Origin: Lama glama
Taxonomy: Eukaryota
NCBI GenBank assembly: GCA_028534125.1
Contig: CM052818.1
Coordinates: 40,364,001 to 40,428,000, forward strand
DNA: 64,000 bases
Direction of reading: 5' to 3'
Both the position numbers and the translations under genes were made by a program. Below, piece by piece: positions 47,875 through 61,023 of this stretch. The notes under the pieces were generated by a model. That model saw nothing but the letters and a program-made list of their open reading frames with translations. It ran no database searches and was not told the DNA's origin. The number at the start of each line of letters is the position of its first letter. Position 1 is the stretch's first letter.

Positions 47875-50830
47875 CTACGAAAACAGATTTGGTTTTAATT
47901 CAGCTGGTGTTGAAGTTACTATTTGAAGGAAAGAACAATCAACAAAATACCTAGAAAAGAAGAGATGTGGCAAAACTCTCCGATTTCTGCTTAAATAGGA
48001 GAAACATACTGGCAAGAAAATCAATAAAGAGCTTGTATTCTCTTTCTTTTAACTTTACTGTCTTTTTAACCCAAAGGTATATTTTCTTCTGTACGTCATC
48101 AGCTCGTCCCCGGAAGTGTACAGACTGATCCACCAGGAAATGGGTTAACTTCTCCAAACTTGAATCCGGACAGAGAATGGAGCTGCATAATATCTGTACG
48201 TGAGAGGGAAGAGTTTGCCTGCTTCCATCAGGTGGGTCTGCTCGGAAGAGGGCACCCTGGTCTCTGTCTTCTTTTGCTCAGGTGATGGAGGGAGTTAATC
48301 CACTTAACCCCCAGGGCTCAGGCTGCTTCCTATCCTGTGAGGAGGTGCTCGGTCTGGCTTGCTTCTCGGGTCAGCAGCTGCAGGGAGATGAAATGGAAAC
48401 TCTTCATTGTCATTGAGTCTCTTTCTCTGCCAAAGAACAATTGATCCCTGAAACCGTTAGCAGAGGGAAGAGGCTTTCCAAGGACAGCAGAAGAAAGAGT
48501 CAAATTAACCCAAATGATCAGCCTCCCCTGGGACAGGGAGTAGTCTAGAAACAAAGCAGTAACAGGAGACAGTGAGGAGGGCGGCCGAGACTCCCCGGGA
48601 GGCAGAATGTTCTGTTCCAGCCCTTCAGGGTCAGGGACACCAGAGAGGTCTGGGGATCTTGTCGAGCTACGTCTCCACTTAGTAGGACTCCTTCTGTCAT
48701 GTAATATGACTTTATTCCATTTTAAGCATGTTGTGTAAAATGTTACTGGAATCAAAAGAGGTCTGACTCCAACCAGGCTGTAAATCCTTAAGGTGATACT
48801 GAGGGAAACAGTGATGACCAGGGACGGTTGGTCGTCACTGGTCTTCAGAGAGCACTCTTTTAAATTTGGGGCTAACAAAAGAATTCTACGGAAAATGTGC
48901 CCAGACCCTGCTGGGGGTCAAGTGTGTGAGCTGACCTCACCCACATGAAGGAATTGGATGCTTAAAGAGGAACTGCTGAAATGAAGACCAAGTTCACTAC
49001 TCACAGATTGTCTCTGAAAGAAATACTAAACCACGAACTTAAAGCAAGAAGAAAAATAAACTCAGAAGGCAAGACTGGGATCGAACAAGAAGTAATACAA
49101 GAAAAGATGACAAGATGATCATAAAAATATGGCAACATGTCGAAATCTCATTAACCACAAATATCAGTAGTATTTGGGGCAGTTAACGTCAGAGTATGAT
49201 GTAATTACAAGACAATCAGAAGAGAGGACGAGAGAAGGAATTTGAGAGGGAAATTATTTTCCTTTCTCTACTATAATATATTAATTTTCCAGTTTGTTAG
49301 AAAGATATATATTTAAGTTTGCATGTTACTCAGTGATATTTTTTCTTTTATTAAAAAAAAAGCAAATACGATATAAGATTTACACAGATTGATTTTGAGT
49401 CCTGAGTTCATGGATGACTTTTATATGTTTTCTGTATCTTAAAATTGTTTACCAAATTAAAAAGAGACAGAAAAATGGGATAGAAAGGGAGGGAAAGAGA
49501 AAGAGAGAGAAACCCAGCTGTAGAGCAAAGTTGTCAGATTTGAGAGAAAATTGGAGAACTAGTAAATCAAAAGAGGCCATTCTGAGGTTAATCCAGAAAA
49601 GGGAACAGTGGTCTTGTGTACAGCTGTTTGAAGGAAGCAAATCTCTATGGCTATCAATCAATAAAGACAGTTCTTAGGGGAAAAAATGGGTTTCACGCCA
49701 TGAGTAAAACTTTAAGATTTTTTTCAAGCAGTAAAAAGAAAAGAATAAAGTCACATCAAAGACAGAGAGCAGAACCTAGGATCAATATGGAGGATCCAAA
49801 ACAGACAAGTTCTTGTTCTTCCAGCCCTCTGGCTAGGGGTTTCCAGAAGAGTTACGTGAAGCAGAATCGCAAAGCTCCCATCAGAATTTCCGGAGTTAAG
49901 TCTGAGTGTGATGTACGTTAGTACCTAAGTTCAAGTTTATGAGTTAACATCCAGCCTCACTTACTGTGGGGGCTCAGTTCTTCTCAATGCTGTGTTATCT
50001 TCATAACGTCCCACATTTAGAAGCCTCTCCAGGTGCTCCTTTAGAATCTAGACAGACACCAAGCCAGGCGGTCAGGGACACTAAAACTGAATAACCTTCC
50101 GAACATTCTCACACAGGGAAGGCCTTGGCCTTAGCCCACTAAGCACCACCCCTCACACAGACCAGACACTGGAAGGTTCAGTGTCTTGCTGAGGGGCACA
50201 CGACTTGAGAATGACGGAGGCGTCATTAGAAATCAGGTCTGTCTAAATCTGAAGCTAATTATCAGCCTCCTCTTTTGGGAGCTGACTGGGAAGCAGTACA
50301 GAATCATGACTAAGGCCCTGGTCAGCAAAGACCTAGCATCTCTGTTGAGAGAATGGTTTTCATCTGAACATAACTTTTTAGGTTTAGTGGGACCCAGATA
50401 GAGCTGGAAGAGATGGGAAAGTTGAGTATCAGGGTGAATGTATCCAGGGAAAATGGGTAAAACAGTTATATTATAGTCACATCAAAGGTAATCGGATACT
50501 GGTATCTATTGCTTAACAACACACTTTTAGGCAGATTGTTAAACATTATCTTATTAAAGCCAAATAGTCATCTTGTGGGAATGAAATTTAGGACATTTTC
50601 TTGTTCTCATAAGTTATGAGAAAGTTTAAAAATTGTTTGTTACTCACTGTAAATTGCAAATATTTTTCAGTTGGAAATCAGCTTGGAACTAAAATGAATG
50701 AACAATGAAATTCATTTACTTTAGATTAACTTTGAGATGTTAGAGCTGGAACACAGGTGGGAGGAGGTCACTGGGTTCATCTCCTGCCTCCAGAGGGACC
50801 TCCAGTGAAACATATTCTGGTCTCTTCCCA

Positions 50831-51039
50831 CAACATTTCTCAACCAGGGGTGAACTTTTTCTACCCCTTAACCCCCAGGGGATATTTGGCAAGAAAGTTC
50901 TGAAGACATTTTTAGTTGGCACAACTGAAGTGTGCTACTGTCATCTAGTGGGTAGGGGTCAGGATACTGCCGTACATCTGACAATGGACAGTCTGCACAG
51001 CAAAGAATTATCCAGCTCCAAATATCAAGAGTGCCAAGG
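50831..51039 (+). mobile_element. MER20, 3' terminus lost at the L1 junction
   Basis: ttctcaaccagggg...ggatatttggcaa...catctagtgggtaggggtcaggatactgc...aaagaattatccagctccaaatatcaagagtgccaagg. Confidence 0.9.
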
Positions 51040-51148
51040 ATACACAGATCCTGATGTTCACAGCAACACTGTTTACAATAACCAAGACGTGGAGGCAACC
51101 TAAACGTCCATTAACAGATGACTGGATAAAGAAGATGTGAAATGTGTA

Positions 51149-51217
<69 letters not shown>

Positions 51218-51658
51218 GAATATTACTCAGCCATAAAAAGGTGTGAAATAATGCTATTTGCAGTAACATGGATGGACCTGGAGATCATCATACTAAGTGA
51301 AGTAAGACAGAAAAAGAGAAATAATATATGATATCACTTATATGTGGAATCTAAAACAAAACAAATGAACTTACTTACAAACCAGAAATAGACTCACAGA
51401 CACAGAAAACAAACTATGGCTGTCAAAGGGGAAAGGGTGGAAAGCAATAAATTAGGAGTTTGAGATTAAAAGATACATACTACTATATACAAAATAAACA
51501 ACAAAGACCTACTATATAGTACAGGGAATGATATTCAGTATCTTGTAATAACCTATAATGGAAAAGAAGCTGAAAAATATAGATATATAACTGAATCACT
51601 TTGCTGTATATCTGAAACTAACACAGCAGTGTAAATCAAGTATACTTCAATTAAAAAA
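51036..51658 (+). mobile_element. Cetartiodactyl-type L1 3' end (ORF2 C-terminus plus 3'UTR) with expanded (TA)n
   Basis: Translates EYYSAIKRCEIMLFAVTWMDLEIIILSEVRQ, the L1 ORF2p terminus; (TA)n about 51146-51213. Confidence 0.95.
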
Positions 51659-51666
51659 TATATTAA

Positions 51667-51999
51667 CCCACACCAAGACATATCATAATCAAGATGGCCA
51701 GAGTCAAGGATAAAGAAATGATTCTAAAGGCAGCAAGAGAAAAGCAAAGGGTGAACTACAAAGGAACCCCCATAAGGCTCTCAGCTGATTTCTCTACACA
51801 AACACTACAGGCCAGAAGGGAGTGGCAAGATATATTCAAAGCCCTGAATGAAAAAAAGCTGCAGCCTAGGATACTTTATCCAGCAAGGCTATCCTTTAGG
51901 ATAGAAGGAGAAATAAAGAGTTTCACAGACAAAAAAAAGCTGCAGGAGTTTAGCAACACTAAACCCATGCTAAAAGAAATATTGAAAGGGCTATTCTAA
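51667..51999 (+). pseudogene. Partial LINE-1 ORF1p (end of RRM and C-terminal domain), uninterrupted frame
   Basis: PTPRHIIIKMARVKDKEMILKAAREKQRVNYKGTPIRLSADFSTQTLQARREWQDIFKALNEKKLQPRILYPARLSF carries hallmark ORF1p motifs. Confidence 0.95.
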
Positions 52000-52058
52000 A
52001 TAGAAAAGCAGCAGGATGCTACACAAATGAGAAACGTACAACTGGAAAGGTGATAACT

Positions 52059-52558
52059 NNNNNNNNNNNNNNNNNNNNNNNNNNNNNNNNNNNNNNNNNN
52101 NNNNNNNNNNNNNNNNNNNNNNNNNNNNNNNNNNNNNNNNNNNNNNNNNNNNNNNNNNNNNNNNNNNNNNNNNNNNNNNNNNNNNNNNNNNNNNNNNNNN
52201 NNNNNNNNNNNNNNNNNNNNNNNNNNNNNNNNNNNNNNNNNNNNNNNNNNNNNNNNNNNNNNNNNNNNNNNNNNNNNNNNNNNNNNNNNNNNNNNNNNNN
52301 NNNNNNNNNNNNNNNNNNNNNNNNNNNNNNNNNNNNNNNNNNNNNNNNNNNNNNNNNNNNNNNNNNNNNNNNNNNNNNNNNNNNNNNNNNNNNNNNNNNN
52401 NNNNNNNNNNNNNNNNNNNNNNNNNNNNNNNNNNNNNNNNNNNNNNNNNNNNNNNNNNNNNNNNNNNNNNNNNNNNNNNNNNNNNNNNNNNNNNNNNNNN
52501 NNNNNNNNNNNNNNNNNNNNNNNNNNNNNNNNNNNNNNNNNNNNNNNNNNNNNNNNNN
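52059..52558. other. Assembly gap of exactly 500 N
   Basis: Run of N from 52059 to 52558. Confidence 1.
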
Positions 52559-54659
52559 GGGTAGAGGGTGGGAAGGGATAGACTGGGATTTCAAAATTGT
52601 AGAATAGATAAACAAGATTACACTGTATAGCACAGGGAAATATACACAAAATGTTATGATAAATCACAGAGAAAAAAATGTGACAATGAGTGTGTATATG
52701 TCCATGAATGACTGAAAAATTGTGCTGAACAATGGAATTTGACACAACACTGTAAAATGATTATGAATCAATAAAAAATGTAAAAAAAAGAATGTATGGA
52801 TAAAAGCAAGAAAAAAATATATTAAATGCTATTACATGTTTAAAATAAAGCCACCAACTTCATGTTAGTTGTATTATATAATTTTAATTCTAATGCAGCA
52901 CTTTATGTCTTTTGATGTCCATCAGGAAGATGAATTAAAACTTTAATTAATGAAGAAAAAAAAAGCAGTGCCAAGGTTGAGATACCTTGCTTAATCGAAA
53001 GAAAAAGCAGGAAGTTTCCCTTGGAGTAGATTAGCAGGAAGCAGACACTCAATGTGACCCTAATGCTCATATCCATTTCTTTCCAGATTTCATACAGCAG
53101 AGTGACCACATCAATACTTGACCTAAAATGCAATATGCATTTTGCTATGTGTGTCTCAGCCTGACTTCTGATCAATTTCCACGTGTTTCTGTAACACAGT
53201 TAAATCTAACTCCACTTAATCACCCCTCTTCAACATGGTCACAGTGAAGCAGTTAAGCACTAACACCTACAATGCACTTCTAGGCGATACTTGTACACAG
53301 AATGTACATCTTAAAATAATGACATTCTGGCCAGTGATTTCCTGATCACAACCCACTGAAGGAAAGGAGTAACTTCTCTGAGCAGCCGTTCTAACTAACC
53401 ACTGACTTCAAGAAACGGTATTGTAATATCAAATTGCAGATTACTATCTTTAAGGGAAATCATCTCTTTAAAATTGTCCATTCTCTGGTTCTAATGAGAA
53501 AATTGGCAATTTGGGAGTTGATGCCGAAAGAACTAACTCATTGTTTCTGAGAGTCTCCATTCTGGGTTATGATGTTTGCAGGATTTATGGTATGTTGAAC
53601 TCAATTCCTTATCCCAAGTCGGAGATTTAGGGAAACTGGGGCACACTTACAAGCAGCAGAACACAGGGTTCGCATGTGGGGTTGCTCGAGGGGCCCTGGA
53701 AACCATTCCCAGTCACGCCCACCCCTCAGAGCTTCCCTGTTGCCTGGTTGGCTGCTTCAAGACAGCCTCAGGGGAGGGGAGAGCTGCCAGGCTCCGCCCC
53801 GGTTCGGGCAGGGGGCTGTGTGCAGCATCGCTTCTACCTGGCGGCTTAAAGAAAATTTAAGGCATTCCGCATGTTTTTAACGGCAATTTGAGTAAAGCTG
53901 GACAAAATGTGCCCCCACTGCCAGTAAGCAAGACCACTGATTAACAACGGAAACTGATCTTGTCCCCAGATTCTGCCCCAGGTAAGGGCACCTGCTTCCG
54001 CCTTTGTTCTCACCTCCCCTGGGGAGGTCAGAGGTTTCGGGCAAAGTGGGCAGAGCCCTGCACTGGGAGGCAGCACCTCTTGGTCCCCTTCCCATCACTG
54101 CCAAGGCCTTGGATTCCTTTGCTGCTGCTCACAGTTCCCTTGTGGTCCAACGAGCCTCTGTCCGAGGACCCTGAGCCTCCCCAGCCTGCATGCCCAGTGA
54201 ATCCATGAAGCAGCAGGGGCACACAGGTCTGCAACCTGGCCTGTCCTTCCCTTCTTTCTCAGGGGCCCCGGGGAGGGAGGGCTGCCTGCTGAGGTTCTCT
54301 GTGGGGCTCTGGCTCCCTTTGTAAAAGGCATACTTTCAGCTGGTCCTGAGGATAAGTAGCACCTGACGAATCAGAGGTGGTGGACAGTGGGGATGGAGCT
54401 GTGCTGGGAGAAGGGACTGGAAGGAGCAAATGCAAGTGGTTCAGGCAGGTGTAGCCCTCGGCATGCGGTGGGGAGGGATCAGTGAGGGGGCTGCAAATGG
54501 AGCTTAAAGTCGGATAGTAGAAAGCACTGACCACCCCAGAAAGAATGACTGTGCAGTCTTGTTGGGTAACAGGGTGAGAACTGGGATGAACTAGAAAAGA
54601 GAGGATATGAGGTACCAGATCTGTGAGAAGTGAAGCCGCGGGGAAACAGTTCTTGCAAA

Positions 54660-54910
54660 GGAGGTTTATAACCCCTACTTAAAGCTGAGGAACTGGTGGC
54701 TCAGAGAAGTTGAGTAACCTGCTTTTGGTTTTCAAGAAATACTTCTGAGTGGCTTCACTTCTCAGAGGTCTGATGCCTCCGTGTCCTCCATTCTTGTCCA
54801 CTCCAGCTTTCCGCCTGTTGCCCAACAAAAATGTTGAAAGAATTAAATAAGATTGTGTATGCAAAATACTCAGCAGGGAGCCTGCTCTCATGGACAATAA
54901 GTGCTGTGAT
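54660..54910. mobile_element. MIR fragments
   Basis: gctgaggaactggtggctcagagaagttgagtaacctgc; gaattaaataagattgtgtatgcaaaatactcagca. Confidence 0.6.
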
Positions 54911-57264
54911 GATATTCCAAAGGCATCGTGGGCCTTCGTTCAACCCATTTAGTTCAGTACTTAATAACCAAATAGGATATCCAGCCAAATCTGACTCCGG
55001 GTCCTCTAAATTCTCACTGATTTTGTAGTCATTTGACAGCAAGGTTGTCTCTCTATTAGTGGGGAGACTATTCCAAGACTTAGTGTCTCTTAGTCCTTGG
55101 CTGCCAGCACAGCACACGTAGGCAGAAAATTACAAAATTACAATTCAAATCAAGGGTTTTTTTTTTTAACCAAAATGCCTTGTATTTTAAAAGGCGGGAT
55201 GTTTCTCAGGGTTTGCTATTGGCCGCTCCACCCTGATTTTAAAACCTAAGGAGGAAATGATCTGTGACTCTGTGATTACCCATCTCATTGGGTCCCTGGT
55301 AGGACTCCAGTGTCAGTCATCTGCCAGCTGCTAACATCTGGCACCTGACCTCACCCTTCCAGGATGCAGTTTCCTCATCTGCGATAATCCCTTTCTGGTC
55401 TTACAAAATGTACTTCTGTACCTTTTACAAGAACATGTTGGTCTAAAGTTCTTAGAGACACAAACTGTCAGGCCCAGAAAAAGAATCTTCATTAGCATTT
55501 GGCTTGGATTTCTCGACTGTCCTCTGGGGCTCAGATTTGTTTGAGGATCTGATGAAAACTGGATGCTGAACCCAGAAAAATGTACCAACAGGCACAATTC
55601 CACATACCATGTCTTCTGAAGCTCCTCTGAGGATTCTAGGCTTAGAACCTGGGTTCTAGGTCAGAAATTGAGATGCAGACAGAGGGTGACTTCTCAAGAT
55701 CACCCAGTTAAGCCTGTGAAGACAATTTCAGCTGTCATTCAACATTTTGCAGTGATCACCGCTTACACAGGCACACATGCCAAGTTACCAAGTCAAAACA
55801 TTTTGTGCATCCATTTTCTTGCAACAGCTTCACAAATTGGGTCAGATTGATATTATTATCATTATCTGGAATATGTGGAGATGGTAGAGACGGTACAACT
55901 TCCTTAAAATCCAACAGTTAAGTGGAAGCACAGTTTGCACTTTCAACCTGGCCATCCTGAGTCACACCCCTTTCTCTGGCTGCACCACAGTTCTGGAAGT
56001 AATGTAGGATACCGGTGGGCAGAATGAAATGTGTGCGGAAGAAGCTTGACAAAGAATCACAGGAACCATGTGGTTGGCTAACAGGGAGGATCTAAGAAGT
56101 CTTCATGGGCCTTGAATAGGGGGGTAGAGAAGACAAGGAAGGGGTTTTCTGCCTGAGGGGATAGTGTGGACCTTGGCATAATATTATTGCTGAGATAATA
56201 AAAGAACAGGGAGACACAGCTGCATCATGGGGTTTGTACAGGCGGGCGGCTTCCCCAGTCAGGGAGGCAGGTGAAATAAACAAACAGAATCATTATATTT
56301 CTATCATCCTAAAGATCTCTACTGTCAACAATAACAAATCTGTAATTTGTATGTAACATAATATATAATAAGTTGTATACAGAAATACCCTTATGTTTTT
56401 ATGTTATATACAAATGGCATATTTATTAAGTGTATTTATTTATTATTATGACTTTTAATATTATAGTAACAATATTACATTTATAGAAACAAGATCTTGC
56501 TATATACACTATATATTCTGTTTTGGAAATGTTTTGTTCGTCCTGGTAATTATTTCCCTTTTTTCAGGTCAATAAACTTTCAGTAAATGTAACATCCAGA
56601 CCATGTTCAAATTTTCTAATTTTCCAAAATGTGTCATTTAAAGATGGCTGGGGCAAACTAGTTTCTTATCCAGGATCTTAAATGCACTTTGGATAGTTAT
56701 TTCAAGGTGGCTAACGCTTGCTTTAACTTTCTCAGCAAAAAATCAACAAGAGATCACAGCTTATCTCCTTTTGGGAAAATCCTTTTTCCCAGTAAATACT
56801 GATACAACAAGGAAGCAGTTTATCATAAGGAAAATGAGCTATCTGTTTATTGGGTCATTCCGATTAAACCACCTACTGGCCAAGATAGCATCACAATGAT
56901 CCTGGTAACATGTAAGGATGCTTCAAACCTTGGCATCTATAGCTATGTGCTTGTGGTACTTCTGGAGTTCAGTTTGCCACAAAAGAGATCAGCACCTGAG
57001 TTCTGAGCAGCTGGGGGAAAAAAAGTTTAAAAGATTTAAGTGTATTAAATTTTACATTGGTTGGCCTTTTAAATGTACCAAAACAATTTATTCAATGCCT
57101 CTAGAAGGAAGGGTGGATTTTACCACCCAGAGAATAGCCAGCTCTCTGGACACAGGACTCTTTCCCACCTCAGGCTTGCTGCCTTTTAGGTGGGTGGGAA
57201 GGACCACCTCATTCCATTCTAAAGGCTCTGGAATCCTATTGTTGGTTTCCAAAAGCACCAATGC

Positions 57265-57400
57265 AAATTCATTTATTTATCTGTTCATCAATTCATTCAC
57301 TCATTCGCTTATTTAACAAATGTTTACTGGACATGGATAACAAGTCACTTGCTGGGGACACATTAGTGAATAAGGAACTCACCTTTGAACAACTTAAGAT
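57265..57400 (-). mobile_element. L2 3' end
   Basis: attcattcactcattcgcttatttaacaaatgtttactgg...gctggggacacattagtgaataag. Confidence 0.7.
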
Positions 57401-57409
57401 GCACCTAAT

Positions 57410-57728
57410 GGCAGCTGGATGACACCGTGGATCTCAGGGCAATAGGGATCCTTTTGCATCCTCTCTCCATTTTTAAAATCCCTATTCTCTGTTCCAGGGA
57501 AGAAGGAGGGAGTGAGGAACAAAGAGAGACAGAGAGGAGCCCCAGCAAAACCCCACTGGCTGTGGTGGAGGCCCTGCTTTCCTAGCTTCTACCTGCAACT
57601 TCCCCCAAGCCGTCTAACCCATCTCTCCCCAAATTCCTGACCCTTGAAAACTGTGAGATATAATTGTTGCTATTTCATGCTGCTAGGTTTTGTGATGATT
57701 TGCTAAACACGAATAGATAACCAGAACA
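57410..57728 (+). mobile_element. Old MLT1 LTR remnant
   Basis: 3' end aaattcctgacccttgaaaactgtgagatataattgttgctatttcatgctgctaggttttgtgatgatttgct...atagataaccagaaca. Confidence 0.7.
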
Positions 57729-58999
57729 GATTTTTACTTCTCAATCGATATCTTTCTTTTCTCTCTCTCTCTCTCTCTTTTTTTTTCTCTCTGCCCAGGG
57801 GAATGAATTCAGAAAGGAGGGGGTTTAGGGTCTTATTAAAATTTCCATCTCTTTCTAGATCCCTTGCCCACTAAAGGGAAGGGGTAAGGTAGCCTTGTTT
57901 AAAAGAATTCAAATAGTGGGATTTTCCTCCAACAAGAGATAAAAAAAACATACAGAAAAGTCTGCTTACTTTAAATATAATGTCGCTGAATTATGGTTTA
58001 TCATAGTGCTGCAGGACCCTGTGAAACCGAAGTCACGTGTGCCTGACCTGGGAGCAGTGGGCGGGGCTCTTCCTCAGGCTTTGTCCCATGGTCCCAGCGA
58101 GGTTCTGATGGTGTGTGTGCACCGCATTCCTCCTCGGACCCCTTCCCAGTTTGACGAGCTCTGAGGAGGCAGCACATAAAGCAGCACAGGAAATGCAAGA
58201 CATCTGTACCGGAGCCTGGGAACACACTTTCCCCAGTCCCCTTGCTGGTGTGGTCCTGGCATGGAGCGGGGCCTCTGGAGAAATGAATTAAAGAAACAAG
58301 TCCAGTGGAGAACATGGGATTCCACTTCCATTCATCTTCCTTATTTTGCAAACACCACATTCTGCAAATCCCATGCCAGTAAAGCTCTTGGATCAGCCCT
58401 CAAATTCTTCTGGATCCTTAAGGGAGGAGATGTCAGGGCTGGCCAAGAATCTAAGTGGAAACTGATGACAGAAGCTGACATTAATCAGCTACACAGTATG
58501 TTCTTCCCAGCAGGTTTCTTCCAATAAATCAAAGGCCAGCAAATCCAAGGGGTGTTTAGCCATGAGAGAGCAACTGTTTGCTGTTCTCTTTCCTTGCTAA
58601 AGATGATGAATTTAATGTTTAATTGAATCCAACACTGGTGGCCGTGGGAGTGTTTGCTGTAGGTGTTGGGTGCGCTTACCACATGCAGTCACATTTCCTC
58701 ACGGGCCGGGGGCTTTAGGCAAGCATCCCCCACTCCACATGGTTCATCGTTTATGTTGAAGTTTCCTGGCCAAATGGAGCCACCACCCTATCTAGTGATC
58801 TGAAACAGACTCAGTCTTTCAAGTTGGAATCCTCAGGCTGTTTTGGTGACCAAATACTTCTTTTCCTTCCTGTAAGACCTAATTAAGATACTTAAAGATA
58901 TTAATGTAATAATGTCTGTTTAAAATCCAGCGAGGACCAAGCTCTTTCAACATCACTGTGTGCAGGGGTGGGATGCAGGGAATAGAGAACAGGAGAGCC

Positions 59000-59220
59000 T
59001 TCAGTCTGAGGCCACGCGCCACCCACCCTAGCTGTTCCACCTTAACTACATCTTAACCTCTCTGAGCTGCTTTTTGCTATCTTTAAAATGAGGATTAAAT
59101 CCAACATCACTGATTCTCAGTAATGAAAAAAATGTGTGTGATTAAAGATTAATGAAAAAAATATGTGTGAAGGCAGTTCTTATGCTACAAAAGCGCTATG
59201 AACATGAAAAAATAGGATTA
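59000..59220 (+). mobile_element. MIR SINE
   Basis: cttaacctctctgagctgc...atctttaaaatgaggatta. Confidence 0.65.
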
Positions 59221-59729
59221 TTGTGATTTGGACCATTAATAATATTTACTAAGGAACATGGAAAAAAAATGGAATGGCTCTTACAGCAGGAGGTTCTGGA
59301 AGAAGCGCATGAGAAAAGGAAATGCCAAGGTCTTAGTAATAGAGCCAATACAAAACTCTCTTCTAGGACAGATATCTTGATGGGATAAGATACTTATCTC
59401 CAAGTCGAGACTCATGGCAAGTCTATACTAGGCCAATAAATGGGAAATTTATGGAAAGAACTCGGTTGCTTATATCCAACCAACAGTTCAGATAATTAAG
59501 GCAAGTGTTTCTTAGGCATGAATGATAATTAAATTGAAAAGTTACTATGACTGCGTAGTTTTGGCAGGTAGAAGCTATGTTAATATGTTTCTGACGTTCT
59601 TCAACTTCTAACCCATAAATGTCTAGGCTTTGGTAAGAAAAAGGAACATGAAATCTGATTTTCTGTATTTCCTTAATGATTGCCAAAATAATTAATACAG
59701 TCAAAATTACTTATATTTCTATTTCTCAG

Positions 59730-59900
59730 AACATTATCACAGTTTTCTCACTTTAGAGTCTTAACGATTGTCCAGAAATAAGCTGGACAATTATCATATT
59801 TATCTTCAGATACAGAAGCTGAAGTTCAGCTAGGAACAGTGATTTGCCTGAGATCCTATAGACACTTGGTGGTAGAGTCCACACTGGGCCTGGCTTTCCT
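59730..59900 (-). mobile_element. MIR SINE
   Basis: cagatacagaagctgaagttcag...gtgatttgcctgagatc...ggtggtagagtc. Confidence 0.6.
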
Positions 59901-60179
59901 GGCTCCTCCTCAAATATATCTGTGCGTTATGTTTAAAATGGTCACCCTACGTGCACTTAAAAAGAAGGAAATTAAATTGCTGAGACAATTTCATGACATG
60001 CATCAAGACTGCTAAGAATTTCACCCTACATATCTCACAAAAGTGTGTCTAAGTACCCAGGATGTAGACCGGTACCTACATCTAGAAATATGTTTATAAA
60101 ACTGGCTGTTTGCATAAGATTCTTGCTCCATTCACTTTCTTATCTCAAGACACAAGGTAATAGAAGTGCGAACACACAA

Positions 60180-60600
60180 AGATTTCGGGGTTGAATAGAT
60201 CTGGAACAAATTCTTGTTGGATCACTTACTAGCTGTGTGGCCTTAGACAGTCTTCTCTCTGGGTCGTGATTTCTTCCCATACAAAATGGGGCTAATAGCT
60301 ACCAAATAAGGTTGCTGTAAGGACGAAACAAGCTAATGCACGCTTGCCTCTGTCTAATCATTTGGGTCTCCACTCTAAGTTTCCCTCCTCAAGAGAGATC
60401 TTTCCAGACTCCAGTTGCTAAATAGCTCTTCCCTCAGCATCCATTGCTGCTAATGCCATCATCCTATCTTCTTTTCTTGGAGCACTTTTCATTATCTGAA
60501 TTTATCTAATTTATTGATCTAATCACGGGTTTATAGTTTGTCTTTCTTTCTAAAGCTGCAGGTGACAAGAAATTAGAAACTTGACTCTCTACTGCTTCTC
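60180..60600 (+). mobile_element. MIR followed by an L2 fragment
   Basis: cacttactagctgtgtggccttag...caaaatggggctaatag; then cctcctcaagagagatctttcc...agcacttttcattatctgaa. Confidence 0.65.
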
Positions 60601-61023
60601 AAGGACACCATGATATAATTAAACACTCATTTGGGGAACACTGTTGGAATTGTTTCATGTGTTAATAGCACCCTCTTATCCTATGCAATGCATGATCTTT
60701 TTGGTTATAGTGCTTTGCAGTGAACACTTAATAAATCTTTTTATGCACAAAGTAAGTATATACCAATAAGATTAGGCATAGATTTTTTTGCTGGGGCTTA
60801 TGATAAGGCCTAGAAATGCAGAGATGCCTAAAAGGCAGTCTCCACTCCCCACAGGCTCATATTCTGTCACTGAAATGGTTTATTGTTCTACCCTGGTTCT
60901 AAGATTCAAATACAGCAAGATAGTGTCATATAACTTTCTATCCATAAAATCCATTTGAAAAATATTTGACTGTTTTTTTATCATTTCTCTTCATCATGAT
61001 CATGATCATCAAAACTAACACAT

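Larger units (their letters stand above)
51667..52810 (+). mobile_element. Young camelid-type L1, 5'-truncated in ORF1, spanning the assembly gap
   Basis: ORF1 segment left of the gap, 3'UTR and poly(A) right of it; perfect 14-bp TSD aaaaaatatattaa (51653-51666 / 52812-52825). Confidence 0.92.

Noticed and set aside
48330..48878. 182-aa minus-strand ORF
   Set aside because: Non-ATG start, no recognisable domain and no convincing splice boundaries.
48880..49900. A-rich ORFs 49414-49921 as a host gene
   Set aside because: Lys/Arg-rich composition from A-rich DNA; probably a very old L1/HAL1 remnant, too decayed to call.
51996..52745. Long ORFs of 185-249 aa crossing the gap
   Set aside because: Artefacts of translating the N run as X.
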